Virus record (IMG/VR): IMGVR_UViG_3300036446_000021
Length of the DNA stretch: 64,000 nucleotides
Origin: a virus
Reading direction: 5' to 3' (one strand)
Shown: positions 1 through 9,453 of the stretch, piece after piece
How positions within the stretch are numbered: position 1 is the first letter of the stretch
How the letters are laid out: each line of letters opens with the position of its first letter
The notes under the pieces: generated by a model
The model's database searches: none
Seen by the model: the letters and a program-made list of their open reading frames with translations, nothing else
Told to the model about the DNA's origin: nothing
Made by a program: the position numbers and the translations under genes

Positions 1-1073
1 TGCACCCTATCAGCCAGTGTCTTAGGCACTGCTGCACCGCAGTCTGAACAGTCAATCGTTGACCTGGCTGGATTCTTTGGTAATGTCCCGCCCCCGGCTC
101 TTTCAGCCTTGTAAGCGGCAATCTTCAAGAATTGACTCCAGCCAGCATCATTGATCGATTTGGCAAATCTTGTCCTTGCCAGTCCTTTGATATTTAAGTC
201 TTCATGGGCAATGTATTGGTATTGCAAGAGAAGCTTGTTAACCGTCTTGTGGTGAAAATCTCTGCGCTGATTAGCCACTTTCAAATGAGCTTTGGCAACT
301 CGTTTTACTGCTTTTCTGCGGCGATTTGAGCCTTTCTTTTTCCTGGACAGTTGACGCTGTAACCGCTTCAGTCGCTTCTCTGCTTTGCGGTAATGTTGGG
401 GGATGCCTACTGGTTCCCCGTCACTCGTGACCAGAAAAGACTTCAACCCCATATCAATCCCAACGGTATTCTCCCAATTGGGCGCATCGGCAGTCAGTTC
501 TGGCACTGATAAATCTTCAAGGCTGAGGCTCACATACCAACCATCGGCTTTATGGGTAATCGTAGCAGTCTTAAGCTTGAACCCATCGGGTAGGGGACGA
601 TGCAGAATCAGCTTGACCTTACCGATTTTAGGCAGAGTGATGAATTTGCCATCAACGCAGTCTTGCTTGATCTGAGGAAAGGTGAAGCTGCGATATCTGC
701 CTTTACCCTTAAAGCGTGGCTTGCCTGAGCGTTTCCCACTGCTATTGCCCTTCAACCACCGCTCAAAGGTCTTCTTGACCCGCTCGACGCAGTTCTGTAG
801 CACTTGTGAATGGATGTCTGCATAGTCGGGGAACAAAGCTTTACTGTTCACCAGGTCGCGCTTCTGAGAGTAGAAATCGGGTTGATCTTTGAGTTCTGGC
901 AGATGACAGACTTCAATCGAGCAACGGTCAATGTCACAGCGGTTTTGCTCCCACCAATTGAAACGCTCTGCCAAGCGATAGTTGTATTGCCGTCGCAGCA
1001 GTTCCAGCCAGTTGTCAATCGTGGCTTGCTGTTGAGCGGTTAGGCGTAAGCGGTATTGGTAAGCGATTCTCAT
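1..1073 (-). CDS. tnpB: IS200/IS605-family RNA-guided nuclease TnpB; 3' end runs off the window
   Basis: Translated by hand from ATG at 1073: MRIAYQYRLRL...KPRFKGKGRYRSFTF...GIDMGLKSF (RuvC-I)...HEDLNIKGL (RuvC-II)...CSDCG zinc finger; absent from the ORF track because it is incomplete; no tnpA between it and the next gene. Confidence 0.92.
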   Translation of the reverse strand, partial: MRIAYQYRLRLTAQQQATIDNWLELLRRQYNYRLAERFNWWEQNRCDIDRCSIEVCHLPELKDQPDFYSQKRDLVNSKALFPDYADIHSQVLQNCVERVKKTFERWLKGNSSGKRSGKPRFKGKGRYRSFTFPQIKQDCVDGKFITLPKIGKVKLILHRPLPDGFKLKTATITHKADGWYVSLSLEDLSVPELTADAPNWENTVGIDMGLKSFLVTSDGEPVGIPQHYRKAEKRLKRLQRQLSRKKKGSNRRRKAVKRVAKAHLKVANQRRDFHHKTVNKLLLQYQYIAHEDLNIKGLARTRFAKSINDAGWSQFLKIAAYKAERAGGGTLPKNPARSTIDCSDCGAAVPKTLADRV

Positions 1074-1206
1074 GCGGCTGGTTCAGAGGTGTGCTTGAGT
1101 TGTTTGCGCGTGATTACGAACCATTGATTGCGGATACGCTTAGAGGTGCTGTGGGAGGGGAGATTAAAATCCTTTATCGACTTGATTAGAACACTATTAC
1201 GCTTCT

Positions 1207-1983
1207 TCAATTTGATGCTGGGATATCACGAAAATGAATCGTAAAGCTTCCTTGGTCTTGCAAACTAGCCGCGACCTCAACCAAATCAAGATGATTTATT
1301 TGAGTTGGCACATCCTCAAAAGTAATGAGTGCAGTTAAGCCAATACCTCGAGCAAGTTTTTGGCATACATAAGCCTTGTTTTTTTTGTTGCCAAAAGTAA
1401 CACTTTTGGCAACATACTGCTTTCCTTGGTTAGTTATTGCACTGCTATTAGTATATTTACCGTAGATACAGAGATCCCTATTTTGTGTTTGGTCAGTTAC
1501 CAGGAATTCGCACTTCAAAGCTTCATTGTCACTCCTACATTCTTGCAGGTGAAAAAGGACATCCTCATTTGACTGAGTAACTAATGGAGAATTAGTAGGA
1601 GGTGGGTTAAGTCTAGGTGATATAGAAGGGGAGATTGTAGGACTAGAAGAAGGATTTGGTGTTGAAGTAGACGAAGAAGGTGAGACTACTGCATTGGGAG
1701 GCAAGGATGAAGACGACTGAGGTAGTTGAGTAACTGGTATTCCACTTGGACTTCGAGTAGGAGTAGAATTGAGCACTAAACCAAGAATTAGAAGTATTAG
1801 TCCAAGTGGAATAGTTAATCGCTTTTGATTTGGTTGTACTTCAATCACTCCTCCAAGCTTACTTACAAAGCTTAAAATGAGAAAGAACAAACCTGCTAAA
1901 ACAAGCAAGGTAGGAATTGGCGTATCTTTAAGTGCATTAATGATATCTTTCATTAGATTCTTTTGTCGCGTCTTGTTTAACAC
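1207..1983 (-). CDS. Membrane-anchored hypothetical protein (2 TM helices, Ser/Pro linker, beta-rich C-terminal domain)
   Basis: PTLLVLAGLFFLILSF and LTIPLGLILLILGLVL hydrophobic segments, long S/P/T tract; AT-rich DNA. Confidence 0.6.
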   Translation of the reverse strand: MLNKTRQKNLMKDIINALKDTPIPTLLVLAGLFFLILSFVSKLGGVIEVQPNQKRLTIPLGLILLILGLVLNSTPTRSPSGIPVTQLPQSSSSLPPNAVVSPSSSTSTPNPSSSPTISPSISPRLNPPPTNSPLVTQSNEDVLFHLQECRSDNEALKCEFLVTDQTQNRDLCIYGKYTNSSAITNQGKQYVAKSVTFGNKKNKAYVCQKLARGIGLTALITFEDVPTQINHLDLVEVAASLQDQGSFTIHFRDIPASN

Positions 1984-2157
1984 AGCTCATCTTACTGACC
2001 ATCGTCTTGCCGTCGTGACATACTCCCAGCCGCTATCAGTCAAGTGAAAAAGGGCAACAATAGGAGCCGCAAGCGTCACAGCATACTCAAAATTCAACAC
2101 GGTCAGTTTTTCGCACTCAAAACTCTGAATCATGACTACCTTCCCTAGCAAACACCT

Positions 2158-3075
2158 TCATCCACAATCGGACTCCTCTAACTGACCAGGCGCAGCCCTC
2201 CCACTCAGCGCCTTCTGCTGCATCCCCCAGACAAAGAGGTTTGCTGCTGCGTTGTCCTGCGTCAGGATACGCCGCGCTTCTTCGTATTTGGTTTCTGAGA
2301 TGACGTAGTGCTGTCGCAAGTAGGCAGCTTCCTCTAAGCCGTCACCTGTGTCGTAATCAATCCCGATCGCCTTCAACCGCTCTTTAGCCTTGCTCACATC
2401 CTTCTTTGAACTGGGGTTTAGTCCGGCATCCTTCAGAAGCGCTGTCATTGTGCGACCGTTAGCTGACTTACCAACGACTTGATCGGTGCCCTGTTCAATG
2501 AAGACAAATTCGGTTTTAGCTGGAGCTAGCTGGATCGGTGCTTCGCCTCGCGCCTCAGCCATGATGCGCCGACCAGCCTCTTCGCCCATCGTGGCTGTTA
2601 CGGCAAAGAAGGCGGTTTCACGATCGCGCTTCACCTTTTCCAGGTCTGCCAGTAACCGCAGGTTCTCGTTTTGCAGCCGTAACCGCTCTAATTCTGCTGC
2701 TTGAGCAGGGATGACCACTTCAGCTTCGCGTGTTTTCACTGCGAAGTAAGACTGTGCAGCAGAGATCTCCGGTTTGCGAGGATCACCATTCATTGCCACC
2801 AAGTAGGCACCCAGTCGCGAAATTTTCCAATCTTCCATCGGTCTACCACCAGAAGGGTTTTTTCCGGTAGCGCGGCTAAAGTGCTCTACGACTAAGTTCC
2901 CAGTGTTTTCACAAGCTAGTTTGGCTCGACTGATGACAGGACTAAAGTGCTTCCACTCGGAATAGCCAAGCAAAGGCATTAACTCACGCCCTGTCCAGTA
3001 CTCGTTACCCGCTTCGTCAGTCCGGCAGATTGAGTCAAAGAGATTAGAAGACGCACGAGAAAGGCTAGTCATCAC
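2158..3075 (-). CDS. Phage antirepressor-like protein with DinD/Bro-type N-terminal domain
   Basis: FDSI..DEAGNEYWTGRELMPLLGYSEW..F...I.RAK.AC...DW.ISRLGAYLVAMNGDPRKPEISAAQSYFAVKTREAE. Confidence 0.75.
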   Translation of the reverse strand: MMTSLSRASSNLFDSICRTDEAGNEYWTGRELMPLLGYSEWKHFSPVISRAKLACENTGNLVVEHFSRATGKNPSGGRPMEDWKISRLGAYLVAMNGDPRKPEISAAQSYFAVKTREAEVVIPAQAAELERLRLQNENLRLLADLEKVKRDRETAFFAVTATMGEEAGRRIMAEARGEAPIQLAPAKTEFVFIEQGTDQVVGKSANGRTMTALLKDAGLNPSSKKDVSKAKERLKAIGIDYDTGDGLEEAAYLRQHYVISETKYEEARRILTQDNAAANLFVWGMQQKALSGRAAPGQLEESDCG

Positions 3076-3728
3076 GCATCCTCCTCGTCTGCTTGCAGCA
3101 GTGACGCTTGAACGCGATCGGTATCACTCCCCTTTGGTCGATCGGTGGTAATAGCGCTATTAACAGGATCGGTTAAAAAAATTACTCCTAATGCAGACTC
3201 AATTGCGCTGAGTGTCGTCTCAGGGAGGACATCGACTTTCCCACCTTCAATTCGATACCAGTTAGCGACACTCATTCCAGCCTCAGCCGCAAGCTCGGTT
3301 ACAGATTTTGGGGAATCTAGACGAGCTTTCTTAATCTGAATCTCAAGGTTGGGAATGTCGTAGTCGGTAAAACGCCTAATCTTCACTGCTCCAACTCGCT
3401 TAGGACGAGCGCTGGTAACAGTTCTGTTCAGTACAGGGTTGAACCAAGCAATCAAAGCGCTTTCAATCTCAGACAAGAAAATGGCATCGTCAACAACTAG
3501 ATGGGCAAGCCTCACTCCGCCCATTGTCAGCAGGTTTTTATAGCAATGATGACTAGACCCTATCCACCGCTGCCTAGCATTCTTTGCTTTGCCTATGTAC
3601 TGAACCACTCCTTGCGCGTCGATCGCAAAGTAAATGCATGGCGTGGTGGGTAGTTGCGATCGCTGTTCAAGCGGTAAAGATGGCAAAGCAGAGAAGTCGA
3701 TCGTCTCAAGGTTCAGCATCTTTCTCAA
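3072..3728 (-). CDS. GIY-YIG nuclease fused to a C-terminal Xre-type HTH
   Basis: CIYFAID...VQYIGKAKNARQRW...EIESALIAWFNPVLN; C-terminal SVTELAAEAGMSVANWYRIEGG. Confidence 0.75.
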   Translation of the reverse strand: MRKMLNLETIDFSALPSLPLEQRSQLPTTPCIYFAIDAQGVVQYIGKAKNARQRWIGSSHHCYKNLLTMGGVRLAHLVVDDAIFLSEIESALIAWFNPVLNRTVTSARPKRVGAVKIRRFTDYDIPNLEIQIKKARLDSPKSVTELAAEAGMSVANWYRIEGGKVDVLPETTLSAIESALGVIFLTDPVNSAITTDRPKGSDTDRVQASLLQADEEDA

Positions 3729-3936
3729 CCTCTATAGATTCATAAAGGTCTGAAGGTTGGCAGCCGAAAAGCTTACAAAGCCCATCGACTCGAACAAACA
3801 TTTTTACGCCATCTCGACTTTTCTCCCAATTCCGAACTGTTGAAACGTCAATCCCCAACGTTTCTGCAATTTGGCGTTGAGTCAAGCCCTTCTCTTCTCT
3901 GAGCTTGGCAATTCTGGACACGTGTATTTCTCCCAT
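3706..3936 (-). CDS. Xre-family HTH regulator, probable phage repressor or Cro
   Basis: IAKLREEKGLTQRQIAETLGIDVSTVRNWEK; divergent from the genes starting at 4094. Confidence 0.85.
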   Translation of the reverse strand: MGEIHVSRIAKLREEKGLTQRQIAETLGIDVSTVRNWEKSRDGVKMFVRVDGLCKLFGCQPSDLYESIEVEKDAEP

Positions 3937-4093
3937 GCGTTAGTTCATAGCATTATGTTAGCACGAGTTTCTTCATGTGAACTAGTTGACAGTGTGAACA
4001 AGTTAACGCATCATAGAGATAAGGAAAGGCGCTCTATCCCGCGAAGAAGAAAGCGCCCCTCCCACAAAGTCCCATCACTGGAACCCCTCAATT

Positions 4094-4369
4094 ATGACTC
4101 AAGCCGTTCTCAACGCTGACCCCTTCTTGCTCACCAGCAACGAGTTAGCCACCCGTTTTGATGTCACCCCACCGCGTCAATTCATCCACCGCGTGACACT
4201 GGTGAACCACAAGATCGATCGCTCCATGAAGCTCGATGTGATTACGCTATCCGAGTCATTCACTGACATCTGCCGGGAGATTTCTTACCTCCGCGACCTC
4301 TATAAGCTTGGCGGCTACACCCTCTGTTTAGAGGCTGACATCGAACTTATCAGCGGCGATCCGTTCTAA
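4094..4369 (+). CDS. Hypothetical phage protein
   Basis: 91-aa ORF heading a co-oriented run divergent from the Xre gene. Confidence 0.55.
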   Translation: MTQAVLNADPFLLTSNELATRFDVTPPRQFIHRVTLVNHKIDRSMKLDVITLSESFTDICREISYLRDLYKLGGYTLCLEADIELISGDPF

Positions 4370-4402
4370 TCAATCTCTCTGGGCACTCCTCCACTTCAAG
4401 GG

Positions 4403-4750
4403 GTGCCCATTCTCATGCCCTTCATTCTGAGCAACATCATGGTTAAGCACGGTACTGACGCAGTTGCGTCCCTCCTTCCCGCTGACATTTATCAACGCTT
4501 AAGCACCTTTGAGCTTGAGATTCTCGGTCACATCCTCCAGCGCCCTGAACCCCAGTTCCAGTTGTGGCAGAAGGTCAAGCACGGCAAACACACCGCGATG
4601 GTGACGGGACTGCGCTATCAGTCCCTCAAAGCTCGGTTTACGGAAGAGGATGATTTCATCGGCTGGTACTACTATGTCGAGCACGAAGACGGTCAGGTGG
4701 ATATCTGCTACGAGAACAACCTCACAGCACTGGAGGAGGAGCAGTCATGA
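4403..4750 (+). CDS. Hypothetical phage protein (start may be ATG 4439)
   Basis: ATGA overlap with the next ORF; protein-like composition. Confidence 0.55.
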   Translation: MPILMPFILSNIMVKHGTDAVASLLPADIYQRLSTFELEILGHILQRPEPQFQLWQKVKHGKHTAMVTGLRYQSLKARFTEEDDFIGWYYYVEHEDGQVDICYENNLTALEEEQS

Positions 4751-5217
4751 ACACGACCACACTAAGTCCAGTTACCCAAACCGAGGGCACCTACTACGGC
4801 TTACCCTCCTTCAAGCTTGACGGTGAAGAATACATTGTTGGCACCCTGGCACAAGCCACTACAGCGGCAGCAGCCTGCATCAGGGAGTGCGCCATCTCCT
4901 CTGGTCTGATTGACGCAGAAATGCTCTTAGCCTATTCCTGTCTGCCACCACAAGCGCTGGCACTCATGCGCCATCTGCAAGGGGGTTGCTACACCATCGC
5001 TGAAGAACAGGCGTTAATGCAAGTGCTGGATGTCGAGGCACTGACAGAGGCAGCATTGTCCCGCTATGGCATCGCCCGGTTTCTCTGTGCGGGGTATGGC
5101 GATACTGCTGTGGGTCGCACGCTTAGCAGCTTTCCGGCTCATGTGGGAGAGTTCATTCTCCAAGCGTTGGGGCTGACTGCTGAACAGGCGGCAACGGCCA
5201 GACTCTATCGGGTTTAG
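4747..5217 (+). CDS. Hypothetical phage protein
   Basis: 156-aa ORF coupled to the upstream gene. Confidence 0.55.
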   Translation: MNTTTLSPVTQTEGTYYGLPSFKLDGEEYIVGTLAQATTAAAACIRECAISSGLIDAEMLLAYSCLPPQALALMRHLQGGCYTIAEEQALMQVLDVEALTEAALSRYGIARFLCAGYGDTAVGRTLSSFPAHVGEFILQALGLTAEQAATARLYRV

Positions 5218-5356
5218 ACGGCATGAATTGTGCATTGAATTGTTGATGTTTTGGGCACTGCCCAACATGGTTAACCTTAATTGCCGTAAGGCTAATCCCT
5301 ATACCACCATTATCGCTATGTTTTAGGGTTGGCAGGGCAAAATAGAAGCACCCTGA

Positions 5357-6109
5357 ATGTTTGTCACCGTGTCCCATCCTCTCACCTGGAATGAACGCAT
5401 TGAGACTGCGATCGCGTCTAGTGCCTTAGTTTTTTACTGCCAACCGATTTACAAATGCGGTCATACAACCCCATCTCTGTATGAGGTGCTTGTTCGCCTT
5501 CGCGGGGCAGACAAAGAGGTTATTCCGGCCTGTCAGTTTATTAATGAAGCCTCAGCAGAGCAGTTAAAGGCTATCGATCGCCTTGCGGTCATTGGCACTT
5601 TGAAGCACCTACAGCAGACCGATACCCCTCACGCCATTAATTTATCAGGGCACACGCTCAACGATTTACAGTTCCCTGTCTTCCTATCAGAGCAATTACA
5701 GAAGAGCGGTGTCGATCCACGAAAATTGGATGTCGAGATTACTGAGCAAACGGCGTTGCTACCACTTTCTGTACAAGTTATTGCTGCTCTGCGCGAGTTG
5801 CGTTTAGCTGTCGGCCTGGACGATATTGGCTCTGGGTATGCAGCAATTCCGGCTATCTTGGCTGTTGCGCCCGACTTCATTAAAGCCGATGGGTCAATTG
5901 TGCGTTTGCTCGCTACCGACCACTGGCGTGAGTGCATTGTATACGGCATTATGGCTGGTGCCCATCACCGGGGGCTTAAGCTAATTTTGGAGTGTATAGA
6001 GTCAGGACTAATTGAGTCGAGAGCGCTAGAGCTAGCTGAAGACTTCCCTGGCTTGAAACTTTATTTCCAAGGGTGGCTGTATGGGAGACCAGAACCGTGC
6101 CTAAACTAA
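5357..6109 (+). CDS. Stand-alone EAL-domain c-di-GMP phosphodiesterase
   Basis: FYCQPI, YEVLVR, INLS, VEITE, LDDIGSGY, FIKAD, LECIE, FQGWLYGRP: the canonical EAL catalytic residue positions are present. Confidence 0.9.
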   Translation: MFVTVSHPLTWNERIETAIASSALVFYCQPIYKCGHTTPSLYEVLVRLRGADKEVIPACQFINEASAEQLKAIDRLAVIGTLKHLQQTDTPHAINLSGHTLNDLQFPVFLSEQLQKSGVDPRKLDVEITEQTALLPLSVQVIAALRELRLAVGLDDIGSGYAAIPAILAVAPDFIKADGSIVRLLATDHWRECIVYGIMAGAHHRGLKLILECIESGLIESRALELAEDFPGLKLYFQGWLYGRPEPCLN

Positions 6110-7515
6110 GTCTGATTGCTAGCTTCGGTGCTAACATCCTTGCTTTCGCACTCTTAGGCACCAGCTTTTATCAGCAGGAACGGGCGCGATCGTCCGTGCA
6201 ACATTCGATCGCTGTCATAGAAGCTATGCAGCAGCTTCGTAGCACAGTTGTCAGAGCCAGAAAAGACTACGATGATTATTTACTAAACTCATCTTTGCTG
6301 CCTGCTTACCGTCACAGTCTAGAAGCGGTAGGAGCTGAGATTAAGGAACTTAAACAGATTACTGCTGATAATGCCACACAGCAAAAACGGTTGAACAGCT
6401 TAGCAGAGATGATGAGGTTTGACCCGCGATCGCCCAAGCAACTCTTGTTCACAGATTCAGAGCGACGGTCACTGCTAGCAATCTCAGATGAGGAAACTGC
6501 CTTGCTAGGGCAACGACAGGAAGCGGCAGAGGTGCAGTCTCGTTTTCTGTCTGGCATGACATTGCTATGTTCCTTGGGCATTTTTGTTGCCACTGCTCAA
6601 TCATGGCGCATATCCAGTCTCAAGACGAAAGCCTTGCGAACCTTGGCAGACCGCACTACCCAACTAGAAACAGTGCTTAGTCGCATACCTGCTGCTGTGC
6701 TGATCCGCAATCGGGCTGGTGTTTGCTTGGAGATCCTGAGTGAGGGTAACAGTCTGCTGTTTGATCCGCAGCGCATGGTGGGTACAACACCGTTTGATGT
6801 GGCACCAATCAAGGTGGCGACACAGTTGATGAATGGGATTGAGCGAGCGCTAGATACCCAACAGACGGTAGAAGCAGGGTACGAGTTCAGACTGTCGAGC
6901 GGACGCTTAGTTTGGTTTGACACATCCATCAATCCACTACCGGGCGATCGAGTGTTGATTATGGCTGCCGATGCTACACAAGAACACAGGATGACTCGGC
7001 AGTTAATCAGATTGGCAACTCAGGACGGCTTGACCAACCTCTACAACCACAACACCTTCGTCAAATTGGTGCAGAGTGAAATTGCTTTGCGATCGCGTCC
7101 TCGACAATCAACGCAATCGTTTGCGTTGTGTTTGTTTGACCTTGATTACTTCAAAGCAATTAATACCACTTATACGCATAGTGGCGGCGATTTGGCTTTG
7201 CAGGCAGTAGCACGATCGCTACAAGAAAATGTTCGCGGTGAGGCTCATGTTGCTCGTCTTGGTGGTGACGAACTGGCTGTCTTGTTAAGAGAGATTGATG
7301 CGTCTGCTGCTACTAAAGTGGCAGAACGGTTGAAGGATGCAATTGCCAAGCTCTGCATCCCTAGCCCAAAAGGTGAGATTCGGGTGACAGTTAGTGTTGG
7401 CATTGCCCTCTACTCAAATACTTGCAATACTTTTGAGGCGTTGCACCAATCCGCATCAGAAGCATTGCTTGAAGGAAAAGCGGCGGGGCGCGATCGGGTA
7501 TGTGTGGCTGAGTAG
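6073..7515 (+). CDS. CHASE3-like/PAS/GGDEF diguanylate cyclase
   Basis: Two TM segments flank a helical periplasmic region (LKQITADNATQQKRL); PAS-like middle; DGLTNLYN, DLDYFKAIN, GGDLAL, ARLGGDELAV, TVSVGIA. Confidence 0.88.
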   Translation: MAVWETRTVPKLSLIASFGANILAFALLGTSFYQQERARSSVQHSIAVIEAMQQLRSTVVRARKDYDDYLLNSSLLPAYRHSLEAVGAEIKELKQITADNATQQKRLNSLAEMMRFDPRSPKQLLFTDSERRSLLAISDEETALLGQRQEAAEVQSRFLSGMTLLCSLGIFVATAQSWRISSLKTKALRTLADRTTQLETVLSRIPAAVLIRNRAGVCLEILSEGNSLLFDPQRMVGTTPFDVAPIKVATQLMNGIERALDTQQTVEAGYEFRLSSGRLVWFDTSINPLPGDRVLIMAADATQEHRMTRQLIRLATQDGLTNLYNHNTFVKLVQSEIALRSRPRQSTQSFALCLFDLDYFKAINTTYTHSGGDLALQAVARSLQENVRGEAHVARLGGDELAVLLREIDASAATKVAERLKDAIAKLCIPSPKGEIRVTVSVGIALYSNTCNTFEALHQSASEALLEGKAAGRDRVCVAE

Positions 7516-7516
7516 C

Positions 7517-7810
7517 TCAACACTTCCCAATCCACAAAGTAAGCGCCCAATCTTTGCCAGTATGCACCCACTCACCTAATGCTCCCGGCCTGCGATAATC
7601 ATCTGTCCGCCCGGTTGTGGGATAGCTCACAATTTTCACCCAGCGTTGGCCGTTATAGCAGGGAATGGGGTCTAAGGCGGAAGCGCGATCGTAGTCAATC
7701 TCGCGACCAGGCTCTACAGGAAAACTGATTTCAGGTGCAGGTTCCACACCCGGCTGTGCATCCGGTGGATACCCATAGTGAGCGGCGTAAGCTTGGAGGT
7801 CGATCGCCAC
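7517..7810 (-). CDS. Hypothetical protein
   Basis: 97-aa ORF convergent on the DGC stop codon. Confidence 0.45.
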   Translation of the reverse strand: MAIDLQAYAAHYGYPPDAQPGVEPAPEISFPVEPGREIDYDRASALDPIPCYNGQRWVKIVSYPTTGRTDDYRRPGALGEWVHTGKDWALTLWIGKC

Positions 7811-7855
7811 TGCCCGTAGATCGGATTGAATTTGTACGTCACGCGCTGTAGAGAC

Positions 7856-8464
7856 TTAGCCATTTTTGCCGCCTCGCAAGCCATACCCGCGCACACTATC
7901 AAGCGGCGCACGCTCCTGCACTATGCCAGCCTCAACGTAGAAACTACGGACGCGGCTGAACGCAAACACTAACCAACTTTCGGCTGTGTAAATCTTGGTG
8001 CTGACCAGCAACCCTGGCAGTTTTTGATCAAGCACTACAAACGTTAGAAATTCGCCCACCGACCGTGCTACTGAATCTTTATCAAACCCTCTGATATTGA
8101 GATTAAGCCACACATGCAAGAGCTCTTTAGCGGGTGCTGTTGGCGTACTGACAAGTTGATAGGAAAACCTTAAATAGTGAGTGGGATATCCTTGGAGGAG
8201 CGATCGCCAAATCACTTTGTCCTCTTCTCTAGTCCCATCTGTTGACAAAATCTTTTGTGATAGTAGCTTCCCAGGCGATAGCGATCGCGTGTAGCCAGTC
8301 GCGCTTGAAAGCCTGCCAATGGTAAGCCGATGCACCAATTGAGGAGTGAGAGCTTCAATGCTGCCATACGCCTCGTAAACCACTGGTAGTGCAGGATGCG
8401 CGATCGCATCAAACTTTGGGATTGAAGGTGGCTTCGGTTGCTGTTTTTTGAATCTGAACCACAT
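7856..8464 (-). CDS. Hypothetical protein (likely start ATG 8464, MWFRFKK)
   Basis: The longer ORF-track start overlaps the LuxR gene; a purine-rich RBS-like sequence precedes 8464. Confidence 0.55.
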   Translation of the reverse strand: MWFRFKKQQPKPPSIPKFDAIAHPALPVVYEAYGSIEALTPQLVHRLTIGRLSSATGYTRSLSPGKLLSQKILSTDGTREEDKVIWRSLLQGYPTHYLRFSYQLVSTPTAPAKELLHVWLNLNIRGFDKDSVARSVGEFLTFVVLDQKLPGLLVSTKIYTAESWLVFAFSRVRSFYVEAGIVQERAPLDSVRGYGLRGGKNG

Positions 8465-8480
8465 CGATCGCCCATCCTTC

Positions 8481-8690
8481 CTACCCCACTGTTTCTTGTG
8501 TTCGCACCCAAAGCAAAGCAGCTTCTGTCCTGTTTCGCACGTCCAGTTTGTCGTAGATAGTGTGGGCATATGAGTCGATCGTGCGTACTGCCAGTCCAAG
8601 CCGGATCGCAATCTCAGGATTACTCAGTCCCAGGCTGAGCAAAGACCATACCTCATGCTCTCGTGGTGTCAGTGGCTCAAGGTCGATCAT
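8481..8690 (-). CDS. Stand-alone LuxR-family HTH regulator
   Basis: LTPREHEVWSLLSLGLSNPEIAIRLGLAVRTIDSYAHTIYDKLDVRNRTEA. Confidence 0.9.
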   Translation of the reverse strand: MIDLEPLTPREHEVWSLLSLGLSNPEIAIRLGLAVRTIDSYAHTIYDKLDVRNRTEAALLWVRTQETVG

Positions 8691-9114
8691 TGGCTACTGT
8701 TTTATCTGTTCGACTGGTCTTCTGTACAGTCATTCCTTGCTGATATTCAGCCATCAGTCTCTTTGTTTCAGCAACCACGTCTGGATGAATAGATGGTAGT
8801 TTTAACTTGTGTGTGGCTATTGCAATGGCAATAAACCAGGCTTCGCTATCGTCCTCTTCAGCGTCTACATTCTCATCTTGGAAAACGAAGGCAATAATTT
8901 GATCAAGTGCTTGCCCCAGTCCATCTAAAATTTTCTGAGAGACACGGTAATGCCACCACTTCCAAAACTTCCATGTTTGACCAATTACAAGTGCTAAAGG
9001 GAAAGTGAGCCAAGCTCGGAGGTAAACACCGGGCGATCTTTTTGTCATTTTCGCCTCTTGAATAAATGACACGTTGAAGGTATTGCACCCATTGGGACAT
9101 ATGCTAAACCCCAA
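8677..9114 (-). CDS. Hypothetical membrane-associated protein
   Basis: Hydrophobic segment AWLTFPLALVIG; part of a tightly packed minus-strand run. Confidence 0.45.
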   Translation of the reverse strand: MGFSICPNGCNTFNVSFIQEAKMTKRSPGVYLRAWLTFPLALVIGQTWKFWKWWHYRVSQKILDGLGQALDQIIAFVFQDENVDAEEDDSEAWFIAIAIATHKLKLPSIHPDVVAETKRLMAEYQQGMTVQKTSRTDKTVANDRP

Positions 9115-9449
9115 ACTTGAGCAGTTAAAACCAGCCTTGCTCCAAATTGATACCTTAACGTCTTGAAAATACTTCTAACGTCTGCTTCAAAACGTCGATA
9201 GACATAACTTGGCAAAGGCAAATCTGTGCGACAAACAGTGACAGTATTATCAAACCAATCACGGCTAACAACTTCTAAGCGCCAAGGGTTAAGATGCTGA
9301 ACGCAGTCCCATTCTCTGTGATCAAGCCTTACTACTCCTCGTGGATCACCATGCCATTCGCATCTTGAAAGATACATACCGTTAGTTAATGGATTGCGAT
9401 CGTACTTCAGCTCAATCCAAGGCTCTGCTTCAGTCATTATTTTTTTCAT
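9045..9449 (-). CDS. Hypothetical phage protein
   Basis: 134-aa ORF in a co-oriented run. Confidence 0.5.
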   Translation of the reverse strand: MKKIMTEAEPWIELKYDRNPLTNGMYLSRCEWHGDPRGVVRLDHREWDCVQHLNPWRLEVVSRDWFDNTVTVCRTDLPLPSYVYRRFEADVRSIFKTLRYQFGARLVLTAQVWGLAYVPMGAIPSTCHLFKRRK

Positions 9450-9453
9450 TTTG

